From: an uncultured bacterium | GTDB taxonomy: Bacteria; UBA8248; CAZNSX01 | NCBI GenBank assembly: GCA_964575845.1 | Contig: CAZNSX010000004.1 | Location: 1 to 64,000, forward strand | DNA: 64,000 nt | Direction of reading: 5' to 3' | Shown here: in pieces, positions 34,795 to 44,476 of the stretch | Numbering within the stretch: the stretch's first letter is position 1 | Layout of the letters: the number at the start of each line of letters is the position of its first letter | Notes under the pieces: model-generated | Databases searched by the model: none | The model's input: the letters and a program-made list of their open reading frames with translations, nothing else | What the model was told of the DNA's origin: nothing | Translations under genes and position numbers: made by a program

Positions 34795-37746
34795 CTAAGC
34801 CGCCCTCAGAAGCTCTTCAACCAAACCGTCAATTTCTTGCGCGATTCCTTCTTCCCGTAGTGCATCGCGGATGAGGCGGCGGGCGCGGACGAAGTGCAAT
34901 CCTTCCCGAAGCTCGACGGCGGCCGCGAGCTTTTCGGCCTCTCGGGCTTTTTTTACTAATTCTTTGTGTAGAGGTTGTCTTTCGTCAAACCGAGGGATGG
35001 GCAGCTCGAACATAACCTTGTGGAAATCGCGCGCGCCCCACTGACCACGGCTTTGCAAATGCGCCACTTTCTTACGAGCGGTTTCGCTATTAAGAATCGC
35101 GATTAGATAACAAGCCTCATCTAATCGGCCTAATGCCGCCCAATACGATTTGGACTCTACAACTGCCGTTTCGTCTGTCAAGACTGCCGCCGCTGGAAAG
35201 GTTCCTGAGGTTGCATATAGAACACGAAAAGGAGCCTGTGGGAATTGACTTGTAAGTTCTTTGTGATAATCCCATCGCTCGATAAGCGTTATGTTGCTCC
35301 TTTTGTACTCATCCCACATCCGTTCTCCGTCACTCATCCAGCGCGCCAGGTGGGGATATCCTTCAGCCTGAGCCGCACGCGCATCGAGCAGCCGTCCTGA
35401 AGCCGTGTTCCAGGGGATTACAGATAGGGCGGGTTCCAGGAGGCGATATGGGGCAATTGATTCACCCAGATATAACGGGCGGAGGAACCGCTTCTCAATA
35501 GGGCCACGCAGTGGAGGTAAATCCTTCCAGGGAGGCTTGTCCAGATTGCTTATACGGCTTTGGACTAGAGGCGTCGCGGGGCTCGCTCCCAGACGGCCAG
35601 ATTCCGCCCGTTCTACGCGGCAGAAACGACGGGGCACCATCGTTGCACCCTGCCGAAACGCCTTCCTATAAGGGGACCCACCTACGAGCGCGGCTTCCGC
35701 CGGCCAGGGTTCCTTGCGCCATGAGAGAGCTTTGTCTGCTTCACCCAGAGTTGCATTGCGGCGCGGGAGCTGGCCTGTGCAGGCGTCAATGCGGCTCGGC
35801 AATGCTCCGGCTGTGACGCGCCGGGCAAAAAAGACAGAGGACGGCACCTCAAAAAGTGGCTGCACATCTTCGCCGAAGGCCCACGCGCCGGTGAACCGGA
35901 CCCGGACGAGGGCAAAATCGCCCTTACGGAAGCCCTTAAACTGCGCACGCGTCATCGCCGCATAAGGCATTACAAAAGCAATGACACCCTTATCCTTGAG
36001 GTAAAGCTCGGCCGCGCGGGCAAAGAAATACCCGGATAGGTCCTGATGTGTCGCCACCTTGCCTCCGGCCCATAGAAAACGATCCTGGCACTCCGCCCGG
36101 AACCGCTTCTGCATTTCATCCGACATATACCGGTAGGAGAGCCACGGCGGGTTCCCGACGACTACATCTGCCTGCTGCTCACGGGAAGAGAGCCAGAGGG
36201 GCCGAACAAGGTTGCGGGCGACATACCCCCAGATGTGGTTCTTTCCCTGCTTTCGAAGGTCGCGAATATGGCGATAGGTGTCTTTCAGGACCTCGGCGTC
36301 CGGCCCGGAAGCTATGCTCTGGCGGGAAAGCCAAGCAGCGAAGTCGGAGGCTTTCGCCTTTTGCTCGCTGAGGCTGAGCATCATCCCGATAACGGCATCA
36401 AGAGAAGACGGCTCTCGCGTAACCGCCGGGGGGAAGTGCAATATCGGCCCATCGGGAACATCGATGAGCACCTCTTTATCCGCCAAGAATTGGCGTGTGT
36501 TCCACTGGAGAGAATCGCCCAGATAGACAGGTATGCTTAAGCCCTCTGGCCGGGCCTTTAGCCTCTCCTCTCCCAGGGCAAGCAGATATGTCACCCGCGC
36601 GAAAAGCACCGCGATCGGGTGCAAGTCCACCCCGAGAACGCGTCTTGTGCATTCAGCCAGAGCATCGCGATTAGCCATGCCGGCGGCATCGGCGGCATTC
36701 AGAAAAAGCCGCACAGCATGAAAGAGAAACGTCCCCGAGCCGCAGGCCGGGTCGAGCACCCGCTCTTCGAGGGGGTTACGTATAGCATGTTCACAAATGC
36801 GCGCGGCAAGCCAGTCGGGCGTGTAGTATTCCCCGAGGTCGTGGCGCTGCTCCGGGTCGATGAGCGATTCGTAAAGGCTCTTTAGAACGTCCTGCTGGAT
36901 GTCCCTCAGGCGGAAGCGGGCGACCTGTCGTGCTATGCGGATAATCAGCTCTTCGCCGTCGGTCGCGCTCAGCACCCAATCGAAGAAATCAGACTCAATG
37001 GCACCGGATATCCCGGCCTCGTGAAAGGGGCGCCCCGACAAAAGGGCCCTTGGGTCGTCCGTGGCGATGTCCAGGACCCGCGCGGCCATTGTCTTCGCGA
37101 CGATGGTGAGATAAGTGTGCTGGATGAAGAGCCCCTCGGCCCCGATGCGTGTGCCGTAAACTTTCTGAATAAGGTCTTCCCAGAGCTGCCTCTTGACCCG
37201 AACTTCGGGGTTATCTTTAACCTCATCCCAGAGGGTCTCAAGACGCGCCCTTGCCCTTTGATATGCCAGGCTCTCCCGACCCAATTGCTTTTCGACCGTG
37301 AATGCGTCCGGTAGGAGGTCCTGTCTCGTGGAAGTCGCCGTATCCAGCCATACAATAAGTAAATGGGGATCATCTCTGGAGGGTTGAAAGGGCTTTAGCG
37401 GAGCGAGCCGTCCGGCCTGAAGCTCATAGGCAAGGAATGTCGCACCGTCTGTCGCAATACCGAGGAAGCGCTCGCCGGTCTCCCTTTCACGCTCTCCCAT
37501 GTAACGGGAAAGCTTTTGTTCGGCATCGCGCCTCTCCGCCCGAAGGTCCCGCTTGAACTCGAAAACCGTGCAGCCGAGAAGAGCGTCCAGGCGGCCACGC
37601 ACCTCAGGCAGCGCGCGCTCGAATTCAATCTCGGAACTCTGCACGCCGACTTCGGAAACGAGCAGCTCATGCACGAGCGTCCTGACCTTTTCGTGCCCCG
37701 GACGGGTGAGGAGCTCGCTAACGATTTCCTTCAGTCGGTCTGGCAT
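34795..37746 (-). CDS. MmeI-like Type IIG/IIL restriction-modification enzyme (fused PD-(D/E)xK nuclease, N6-adenine methyltransferase and TRD)
   Basis: 983-aa single polypeptide. N-terminal 'GRLDALLGCTVFEFKRD' D-X8-E-X-K nuclease motif, positioned as in MmeI. Helical linker; MTase motif I 'VLDPACGSGTFL' and motif IV 'VVGNPPW' (gamma-class N6-adenine MTase); ~350-aa C-terminal target-recognition region. Confidence 0.75.
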   Translation of the reverse strand: MPDRLKEIVSELLTRPGHEKVRTLVHELLVSEVGVQSSEIEFERALPEVRGRLDALLGCTVFEFKRDLRAERRDAEQKLSRYMGERERETGERFLGIATDGATFLAYELQAGRLAPLKPFQPSRDDPHLLIVWLDTATSTRQDLLPDAFTVEKQLGRESLAYQRARARLETLWDEVKDNPEVRVKRQLWEDLIQKVYGTRIGAEGLFIQHTYLTIVAKTMAARVLDIATDDPRALLSGRPFHEAGISGAIESDFFDWVLSATDGEELIIRIARQVARFRLRDIQQDVLKSLYESLIDPEQRHDLGEYYTPDWLAARICEHAIRNPLEERVLDPACGSGTFLFHAVRLFLNAADAAGMANRDALAECTRRVLGVDLHPIAVLFARVTYLLALGEERLKARPEGLSIPVYLGDSLQWNTRQFLADKEVLIDVPDGPILHFPPAVTREPSSLDAVIGMMLSLSEQKAKASDFAAWLSRQSIASGPDAEVLKDTYRHIRDLRKQGKNHIWGYVARNLVRPLWLSSREQQADVVVGNPPWLSYRYMSDEMQKRFRAECQDRFLWAGGKVATHQDLSGYFFARAAELYLKDKGVIAFVMPYAAMTRAQFKGFRKGDFALVRVRFTGAWAFGEDVQPLFEVPSSVFFARRVTAGALPSRIDACTGQLPRRNATLGEADKALSWRKEPWPAEAALVGGSPYRKAFRQGATMVPRRFCRVERAESGRLGASPATPLVQSRISNLDKPPWKDLPPLRGPIEKRFLRPLYLGESIAPYRLLEPALSVIPWNTASGRLLDARAAQAEGYPHLARWMSDGERMWDEYKRSNITLIERWDYHKELTSQFPQAPFRVLYATSGTFPAAAVLTDETAVVESKSYWAALGRLDEACYLIAILNSETARKKVAHLQSRGQWGARDFHKVMFELPIPRFDERQPLHKELVKKAREAEKLAAAVELREGLHFVRARRLIRDALREEGIAQEIDGLVEELLRAA

Positions 37747-37819
37747 GGGAGGTCTTTCGTCCAGGAGTTATCGTGGATTTTCTTCTTTCCCATACCTTTC
37801 TAACGGCCTAATAGGTCAC

Positions 37820-37840
37820 GGCGCAGCCGTGACCTACCCC
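37820..37840 (-). repeat. 21-bp repeat, inverted copy, embedded in the palindrome TAGGTCACGGC-GCA-GCCGTGACCTA
   Basis: GGCGCAGCCGTGACCTACCCC is the exact reverse complement of 33317..33337. The site is itself an 11-bp-arm palindrome between the RM gene start and the upstream membrane-protein gene. Confidence 0.7.
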
Positions 37841-37847
37841 GTGCACC

Positions 37848-38651
37848 TTACCAATCAGTCCCTTTGGCTTTCCATCTTACGACTATAATCTGAAGTGGCA
37901 ACAAAGTAGCCGCTAGCTGATAAGTTCCTTCGGAAAGTTTTATTAATTTTTCTGAATGTTCCCGATGACCGAAACTAGGTTCAACGTCAAGGTTCTCGCT
38001 TGGCTTCACTTTCACCGTCGGGTTGACGGTTGCATATAGCAAGTAAAGGAAATCTTCCCCTCTACTTGCTCTTATTGTTTGAGTTTTGAACCAAATTCGT
38101 AATTCCCCGCCTCTGGGAAGATTTACATCTCTCTCGAAACTTCTTTGTTCCAAATTTATTTGCCTTACTTCATTCTCATCGTCCACCTTATATCCGACCT
38201 CGAGTATTGGTCTTTCTAAAATTTCATCGCCTATACTCGCGCCAATTTTAATGCGTATTTTTTCCGCCTTTCTCCCTATGTTTCTTAAGCATCTATTGCC
38301 TTCCAGAGTGATGAGAATTTTTCCATCATTTCTCTCCGCAAATTCATAATCGAAGGTTGATGAAGTCGCCAAAATTTTTTGACCATATACCCATTCGAGT
38401 TCTGGTTTTAGCTCATCCGGAAGGAGGTAACCAATAGAAGCCCTAAATGCATCTTCAGCAAGTCTTTGGTTAAACGCCCATCCAATTAGCCCACTCGTTA
38501 CAACGGAGGCAATCAGCGCTGATCCAAAACCATATTGGAGTCCGTTTGGTAACCAATCAAAGGGATCCCATAGCACAAGTATTCCCAAAACGGACACCAC
38601 CGCACAAAGAAGCAACAAAAAAGCATTCTGCCAAAACCAACTGTCGCGCAT
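37848..38651 (-). CDS. Hypothetical membrane protein (2 N-terminal TM helices + ~200-aa soluble domain), low GC
   Basis: TM helices 'AFLLLLCAVVSVLGILVLW' and 'FGSALIASVVTSGLIGWAF'. No recognisable family. Same strand as, and immediately upstream of, the RM enzyme. Confidence 0.5.
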   Translation of the reverse strand: MRDSWFWQNAFLLLLCAVVSVLGILVLWDPFDWLPNGLQYGFGSALIASVVTSGLIGWAFNQRLAEDAFRASIGYLLPDELKPELEWVYGQKILATSSTFDYEFAERNDGKILITLEGNRCLRNIGRKAEKIRIKIGASIGDEILERPILEVGYKVDDENEVRQINLEQRSFERDVNLPRGGELRIWFKTQTIRASRGEDFLYLLYATVNPTVKVKPSENLDVEPSFGHREHSEKLIKLSEGTYQLAATLLPLQIIVVRWKAKGTDW

Positions 38652-38977
38652 AGCGTTGTTATATTCGGTTTAGCTGTCCAGTTAGACTTTTTCCCTCACG
38701 CCTTGACATGCTGCTCGACGGCTTGTGCTATAACTTCGTCCCGGAAGTAGCGGCTCAATTCCGCCGGGGTGCGCATATCCACCTTCCTGCCAATAAGTTC
38801 GGAAAGTTCCCGCTCAATCCCGGCGAAGAGGAATAAAACCCTGAGCGAAATAATACCGAAAGTGGGCTGTCAGGGCAAGGGCTTTCGCTAGTACCCCCCT
38901 TTATTATCGAACCCTTTGAAATAACAGGAATTAGCAAAAATATTGCTGGAAGTGTATATCCGCGGTTCTTTTACCCT

Positions 38978-39727
38978 TCATGGCTCGCTCTTCGCTACAA
39001 CCAGAAACCCCCCTGACGGAGGCGGGAGGGGTTTTAGGTCGGTGAGGGTGAGGCCTTCCTCTGAGAGGATGTCTTCCGCCCTTTCAATCTCATCCCTTGA
39101 GCGCCTTCCCTTGCGAAGGATGAGGTAGCCTGAAGGTTTGAGGAAGGGGCGGGAGAGGGAGGCCGCACGGGGGAGGGGGCCGAGGGCCCTTGCCGTGACG
39201 ATGGAGAAGGTTTCCCTGAGCTCTTCTTCTCCTGCGAGCTCCTCAGCCTTCCCGTGGAGGACCTCCGCTCCCTCTTTGAAAAGGAGCCTTGATATATGCC
39301 TTAGAAAATTTGCCTTCTTCTGGCTAGCCTCCAGGAAGAAAAGCTCTAGCTCGGGCCTCAATACTTTTATGAGGACGCCGGGGACGCCCGCGCCCGAGCC
39401 GAGGTCAAGAACCCGGAGCCCCCGGGCCTCTTCCCCGCTCTTGAGGCCCCAGGGAAGTCCCTCCAGCTCCGGCTCAAGAAAGGGAAGGGAGCCGAGGAGA
39501 AGCTCCCTCACCATGGCATCCCGTGTCTTGAAGCCCGTCAGGTTTATTGCCCGCCGCCACCGGGTGAGCTCCCTGAGGTAGAGGGAGAAGGCTTCTCGCT
39601 CAAGGCGGGAGAGCCTGAGGCCCTCCTGCGTGAAGGCCTCTTCCAGGAGCCGCTCCCCCGAATCTTTGCCGGAAGGCTCAGGGGCTTCTCGCCCTCTCAC
39701 GCCTCCTCCTCTCCAGATAAACTTCAA
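38978..39727 (-). CDS. rsmG: 16S rRNA (guanine527-N7)-methyltransferase RsmG (GidB)
   Basis: '[21 protein letters not shown]', SAM motif '[17 protein letters not shown]' and '[12 protein letters not shown]' are typical of RsmG. Start uncertain (possible GTG near 39700). Confidence 0.8.
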   Translation of the reverse strand: MKFIWRGGGVRGREAPEPSGKDSGERLLEEAFTQEGLRLSRLEREAFSLYLRELTRWRRAINLTGFKTRDAMVRELLLGSLPFLEPELEGLPWGLKSGEEARGLRVLDLGSGAGVPGVLIKVLRPELELFFLEASQKKANFLRHISRLLFKEGAEVLHGKAEELAGEEELRETFSIVTARALGPLPRAASLSRPFLKPSGYLILRKGRRSRDEIERAEDILSEEGLTLTDLKPLPPPSGGFLVVAKSEP

Positions 39728-41567
39728 GGACGGCTATTGCGGATGGGGTGACGCCCGATATGCGGGAGGCCTGGCCCAGGGTCCTCGGCCTTATGCGCTC
39801 CAGCTTCTCCCCCACCTCTCTTGATAGGCCCTTTATCTCCTGAAAATTGAAATCCTCCGGGATGAGCCTGCCTTCAGCGGCCGCGAGGCGCCTCACCTGG
39901 GCCTCCTGCCTTCTTATGTAGCCCTGGTATTTGACCTGAACCTCGACCTCCTCCGCCTCCTCCCCGCTCAGGCCCCCCTCCCCCCCGCCGTCGAGCTCGA
40001 TTATGTCCCCATAGGAGAGCTCCGGCCTGCGCAGCAACTCGGCCAGGGTCGCGGGCATCCTCAAGGGGGAGCTCCCGCGGGCGAGAAGAAATTCGTCTAT
40101 GGCCGAGCCTGGGTTCACGCCCTCTCTCTCAAGGCGCGCGACCTCCTTCTCAACCATCTCGCGTTTTCGGCAAAAGGCGCTGTAGGCCTCATCCGGGAGA
40201 AGGCCCACCCTGTGGCCTAGCTCAGAGAGCCTCAGGTCTGCGTTATCGTGCCTCAAGAGAAGCCTGAACTCAGCCCTTGAGGTGAACATCCTGTAGGGCT
40301 CACCCGTCCCTTTGGTAACGAGGTCATCTATCAGGACCCCTATGTAGGCCCTGCTCCGCTCGAGCACGAGCCCCTCTTCCCCCCTGACACCAAGGGCGGC
40401 GTTTATCCCCGCCAGGAGGCCCTGGGCCGCGGCCTCCTCATAACCCGAGGTGCCGTTTATCTGCCCCGCATGGAAGAGGCCGGGGATGAGCTTTGTTTCG
40501 AGCGTGGGCTTCAGCTGGGTGGGGGGGACGAAGTCGTACTCCACGGCATAGCCCGGCCGCACAACCTCAACCCGCTCAAGCCCCCTTATCGTGCGCAGGA
40601 AGGCGAGCTGCACATCCTCCGGCAGGCTCGTTGAGACGCCGTTCGCGTAGATTTCGGTCGTGTCGAGACCCTCCGGCTCGAGGAAGACCTGATGGCGCTC
40701 CTTCTCCGGAAAGCGCATCACCTTATCCTCTATCGAGGGGCAGTAGCGGGGACCCACCCCCTTGATGACGCCGCCATAGAGGGGGGAGCGGTCGAGGTTC
40801 TCCCTGATTATCCTGTGGGTCTCGGGGTTCGTCCAGGTGAGGTGGCAGGGCACCTGCTGCTTAAGGATGGCCTTTGTAGAGTAGGAAAAGGGCCTCGGCG
40901 GGACGTCCCCCGGCTGGACCTCAAGGGAGCTGAAATCTATGGTTTTCCCCTCAAGCCGCGGGGGAGTTCCGGTCTTGAGGCGGCCCAGCTCGAAGCCGAG
41001 CTCCCGGAGGCCCGCTGTGAGGCCCACCGACGGCCTCTCCCCGACCCTCCCGCCGGGGAAGGACCTGAGCCCTATATGGAGAAGGCCGTTCGGGAAGGTG
41101 CCGGGGGATAGAATCACCGCCCTCGCCCTGAAGCTCTCCCCCCCCTTTGTCAAGACGCCCGCCGCGCGGCCCCCCTCGATGATAACCCTCTCGACCTCGG
41201 CCTCCCTTAAGCTCAGGCGGGCCTCCCGCTCAAGGACCCCCTTCATGTAGCGGGTGTAGAGGAGCCTATCGGCCTGGGCCCTGAGCGCCCTCACGGCGGG
41301 CCCCTTCCGCATGTTGAGCATCCTGAACTGGATGCCGCAGGCGTCCGCGGCCCTCGCCATCTCGCCCCCCAGGGCATCTATCTCCCTCACAAGATGCCCC
41401 TTGGCGAGGCCGCCGATGGCGGGGTTGCAGGACATGAGCGCGACCCTTCCGGGGTCCATCGTGAGAAGCAGGATCTCAAGGCCCATGCGGGAGGCGCTGA
41501 GCGCGGCCTCGCATCCCGCATGCCCAGCGCCAACTACTATAATGTCAAACAAAGTCGCCATAGCCAC
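39678..41567 (-). CDS. mnmG: tRNA uridine 5-carboxymethylaminomethyl modification enzyme MnmG (GidA)
   Basis: FAD motif '[16 protein letters not shown]', '[15 protein letters not shown]' and the full 629-aa MnmG architecture. Confidence 0.95.
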   Translation of the reverse strand: MAMATLFDIIVVGAGHAGCEAALSASRMGLEILLLTMDPGRVALMSCNPAIGGLAKGHLVREIDALGGEMARAADACGIQFRMLNMRKGPAVRALRAQADRLLYTRYMKGVLEREARLSLREAEVERVIIEGGRAAGVLTKGGESFRARAVILSPGTFPNGLLHIGLRSFPGGRVGERPSVGLTAGLRELGFELGRLKTGTPPRLEGKTIDFSSLEVQPGDVPPRPFSYSTKAILKQQVPCHLTWTNPETHRIIRENLDRSPLYGGVIKGVGPRYCPSIEDKVMRFPEKERHQVFLEPEGLDTTEIYANGVSTSLPEDVQLAFLRTIRGLERVEVVRPGYAVEYDFVPPTQLKPTLETKLIPGLFHAGQINGTSGYEEAAAQGLLAGINAALGVRGEEGLVLERSRAYIGVLIDDLVTKGTGEPYRMFTSRAEFRLLLRHDNADLRLSELGHRVGLLPDEAYSAFCRKREMVEKEVARLEREGVNPGSAIDEFLLARGSSPLRMPATLAELLRRPELSYGDIIELDGGGEGGLSGEEAEEVEVQVKYQGYIRRQEAQVRRLAAAEGRLIPEDFNFQEIKGLSREVGEKLERIRPRTLGQASRISGVTPSAIAVLEVYLERRRRERARSP

Positions 41568-41747
41568 AAGAAACTCTCTCTTTCCGGTGAAACCCGCTGA
41601 TTTCTGAATTTTAGCACATAGCCCCCCGGCCTGGGGGGAGAAGCCCCGGGGGGCCGAGAGGGGCGCTCTCTATCGGGGAGGGAATAAATCCGGCGGAGAA
41701 GGATTTTCAACAAAAAGAGGAGGAGGTTCTATCCTCAATGAAGGGCA

Positions 41748-42356
41748 ATGGAACCTAAAGAATTTGAGATGAAAAGGAGCTGGCTTTATCTCATCCCCTT
41801 GGCGGCGGCCCTCGTGCTCACGGCGCTTGCTTTTGCCTCCGAGTTCCCAAAATATCACGAAGGAGCAGGCGTGGTCCAAGGGGTGGGGCCCAAGGGGGAG
41901 TTCATCATTCTGGACCACGATGAGATACCGGGCTTCATGAAGGCCATGCTCATGAGGCTCGAGGTGGAGCCCCCTTCCCCGGCACAAGGGCTCAAGCCAG
42001 GCGACAGGGTCAGGCTTCGCCTCAAGGAGACCGAGGAGCGGCTCACCGCGGTCGGCTTAGAAAGGGTCAAGAGCGAGGCTCCCCTGGCCTCTTACACGCT
42101 CGAAGGGGTGCTCATGGCCTTTCTTCCGGCCACAAAGGCCGTGATTATCCGTCATGAGGGGAAGAAGGATGCCCTGATGCCTGCTGTTGAGCGCTTTTTT
42201 GTTCAGGACTACGAGAAAATCGCCGGCCTCATCCTCGGCGACAGGGTTAAATTCAAGCTCTTCAGGACCAGCACCCGAACTTACGCGGGAGACCTCGAAA
42301 AGATAAAACTCCGGGAGGAGCCCCTCAGCGGTTACGGGCCGTCCTTCCGTTATTGA
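41748..42356 (+). CDS. Periplasmic copper-binding protein with two CusF-like domains
   Basis: Signal peptide, then two repeats resembling CusF ('HDEIPGFMKAMLMRLEV...GDRVRLRL' and 'HEGKKDALMPAVERFFV...GDRVKFKL'; cf. CusF H-x-x-I-P-x-M-x-AM-TM...GD-V-F). Confidence 0.55.
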   Translation: MEPKEFEMKRSWLYLIPLAAALVLTALAFASEFPKYHEGAGVVQGVGPKGEFIILDHDEIPGFMKAMLMRLEVEPPSPAQGLKPGDRVRLRLKETEERLTAVGLERVKSEAPLASYTLEGVLMAFLPATKAVIIRHEGKKDALMPAVERFFVQDYEKIAGLILGDRVKFKLFRTSTRTYAGDLEKIKLREEPLSGYGPSFRY

Positions 42357-42500
42357 GGCCTCTTTCCGGGAGAGGCCCTTTGGGGCCCTGGTCTTACGGC
42401 CAGGGCCTCTTTTTCTGATATTATAGCTATTCGAAGAGGTAAGAGCCTTTCGCCAGCGCCAAAGCCAAGAGGCCTGAGCAGTTAATCCAGAAAAGGAGAA

Positions 42501-42893
42501 ATGGCCATGAGTTATTACTTCAGCAAGACCGTGAAACTTTCCTTTGATGAAGCCATCTCAAGAGTTACCGAGGAACTGAAAAAGGAGGGCTTCGGTGTTC
42601 TCACAGAAATCGACGTCAGAAAAGCATTGAAGGAGAAGCTTGACGTAGATTTTCGGAACTACAGGATCCTCGGAGCATGCAACCCATCGTTCGCCTATCA
42701 GGCGCTTCAGGCGGAAGATAAGGTCGGCACCATGCTGCCCTGCAATGTCATTCTGCAGGAGAATAAAGAGGGCGAGGTGGAGGTGGCGGCGATCGACCCC
42801 CTCGCATCCATGCAAGCGATTGACAATCAAGCCCTTGAAGGGATAGCCGGGCAAGTGAGGACCAAACTTAAGGCTGTGGTTGAGCGTCTATGA
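42501..42893 (+). CDS. DUF302 domain protein
   Basis: Full DUF302 pattern 'SFDEAISRVTEELKKEGFGVLTEIDV...YRILGACNP...MLPCNVIL'. Confidence 0.75.
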   Translation: MAMSYYFSKTVKLSFDEAISRVTEELKKEGFGVLTEIDVRKALKEKLDVDFRNYRILGACNPSFAYQALQAEDKVGTMLPCNVILQENKEGEVEVAAIDPLASMQAIDNQALEGIAGQVRTKLKAVVERL

Positions 42894-42959
42894 TTTCAGG
42901 GATTACCTCCCCGCGGGCTTTCAGCCGGATTTGCACGCGCGGCCCTTTTTGAGGCCCGC

Positions 42960-44024
42960 ATGCAAGCGAGAGGTTTGCGAGATTTCGGGAGCGGACACAT
43001 GAGGAATCAAGTGGAAGCCGGGCGAAAAGGGATACTCCTGATACTAGCCTTCATTTCAATCTTCACCATCTCGACTGCGTTTTTCTCAACCCTCCACGTA
43101 ACCACCGCAGAAGGGGAGGGTGGAAGTGCTTATAGAATCTACGTCACCAACCGAAAATCGGATACGGTTTCGGTCATAGATGCGGAGAAGGGCGAGGTGG
43201 TCGCCAGGGTCCCCGTGGGCAAGACGCCAAGCTATGTGGCCCTGACTCCGGATGGGAGATACGCCCTTGCTGTGGCAACCGACGCGAGGAAGCTATATGT
43301 CATTGATACAAATACTCTTCAGGTAATTAAAGAGCTTCCGCTGGGCGATGTTCCCCTGGGTGTCGGTGTCGCGCCCGACGGCCGGTACGCATATGTGGCT
43401 AATGAAGGGCCGAAGTCAAACAACGTCTATGTCTTTGACCTCAAAGCCTGGGAGAGGGTCAAGGTAATACCCGTAGGAAAGCTCCCCCATAATGTGGCCT
43501 TCAACCCCTCGAATTCCTCTGCTTATGTCACCAACGGTGGGTCAAACAGCCTCAGCAAGATAAGCTTGGGGGAGCAAGCTGTAATCCGAGACATCGCTTT
43601 TCAGGGCCGGGGAGTCCCGCACAACCTTGCCGTAACACCGGACGGAAACTTTATCCTCGTGACCAACAAGATGACAGACGATGTGGCGGTAGTCCGGACG
43701 GGCGACGAAACGGTAATAAAGCGGATACCCGTCTCCAGGGGGCACCACGGAATAGACATAAGTCCCCGGGGAGGTTTTGCCTATGTCTCGGGCTTCGGGG
43801 CTGATGTGATTACAGTCATCGACCTCAAGAAATGGGAGCCGGTCAAGACCATAGAGGTGGGCGCCGGCCCTCACGGCGTGAGGTTCAGCCGCGATGGGGA
43901 AAGAGTCTATGTGGCTGTGGCCAAGGAGAACGAGGTGGCCGTGATAGATGCTGAACGCCACGAAGTGATGAAAAAGGTCTCGGCCCCGGAATTTCCCTTC
44001 TGGGTGGCGATTCAGGAGAAATAG
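42960..44024 (+). CDS. YVTN-family beta-propeller repeat protein
   Basis: Seven ~40-aa repeats of the 'YVTN / P.GVA..PDG...YV.N...' type (YVTNRKSDTVSVID, AYVANEGPKSNNVYVFD, AYVTNGGSNSLSKIS, ILVTNKMTDDVAVV). N-terminal signal/TM. Confidence 0.8.
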   Translation: MQARGLRDFGSGHMRNQVEAGRKGILLILAFISIFTISTAFFSTLHVTTAEGEGGSAYRIYVTNRKSDTVSVIDAEKGEVVARVPVGKTPSYVALTPDGRYALAVATDARKLYVIDTNTLQVIKELPLGDVPLGVGVAPDGRYAYVANEGPKSNNVYVFDLKAWERVKVIPVGKLPHNVAFNPSNSSAYVTNGGSNSLSKISLGEQAVIRDIAFQGRGVPHNLAVTPDGNFILVTNKMTDDVAVVRTGDETVIKRIPVSRGHHGIDISPRGGFAYVSGFGADVITVIDLKKWEPVKTIEVGAGPHGVRFSRDGERVYVAVAKENEVAVIDAERHEVMKKVSAPEFPFWVAIQEK

Positions 44025-44476
44025 CGAGAAGCTGCAAGCTGAGCTGATATGGTCCTTGGCGTTTTAACGAATGTTCCCCTCCTCTTTCAGGCCGGGCCCA
44101 TTGAGGGGTCTACCGAGGGCTCCCTGCTCATGAATTTTCCCCGGAAGACCTTCAAGGGCTCCCCCTGAGCCCCGCCGCCGCGCTAAACCAGGGATATCAA
44201 CGGATTCCTCGGTAGTGGGTCCTTCCCACATTTACCTCTTGCAGTCAAATACGCGCTCCCGGGCTCAGGGGCGTTTGCAGGGCGAGGAAGCCGGGCGAAA
44301 GCCAAGATGGGGCTAATTTTTCTCTTATCTGAAATTCTTAACTGAGGTCAAGGAAATCGGGTTTCCGGGGGGTTATATTCAACAAAAATAGTCGATTTTC
44401 TTTCCCAGGGGGATTCTAGAGAGAGCCGAGACTCGGCACACCGCTGAGCGGCTGCTGCAAATATGGGGAGGGCATT

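Noticed and set aside
38652-38977. Possible gene remnant between rsmG and the membrane protein (short plus- and minus-strand ORFs)
   Set aside because: The translations show no recognisable family and the ORFs are under 60 aa. It may be a decayed fragment at the island boundary, but cannot be supported from sequence alone.
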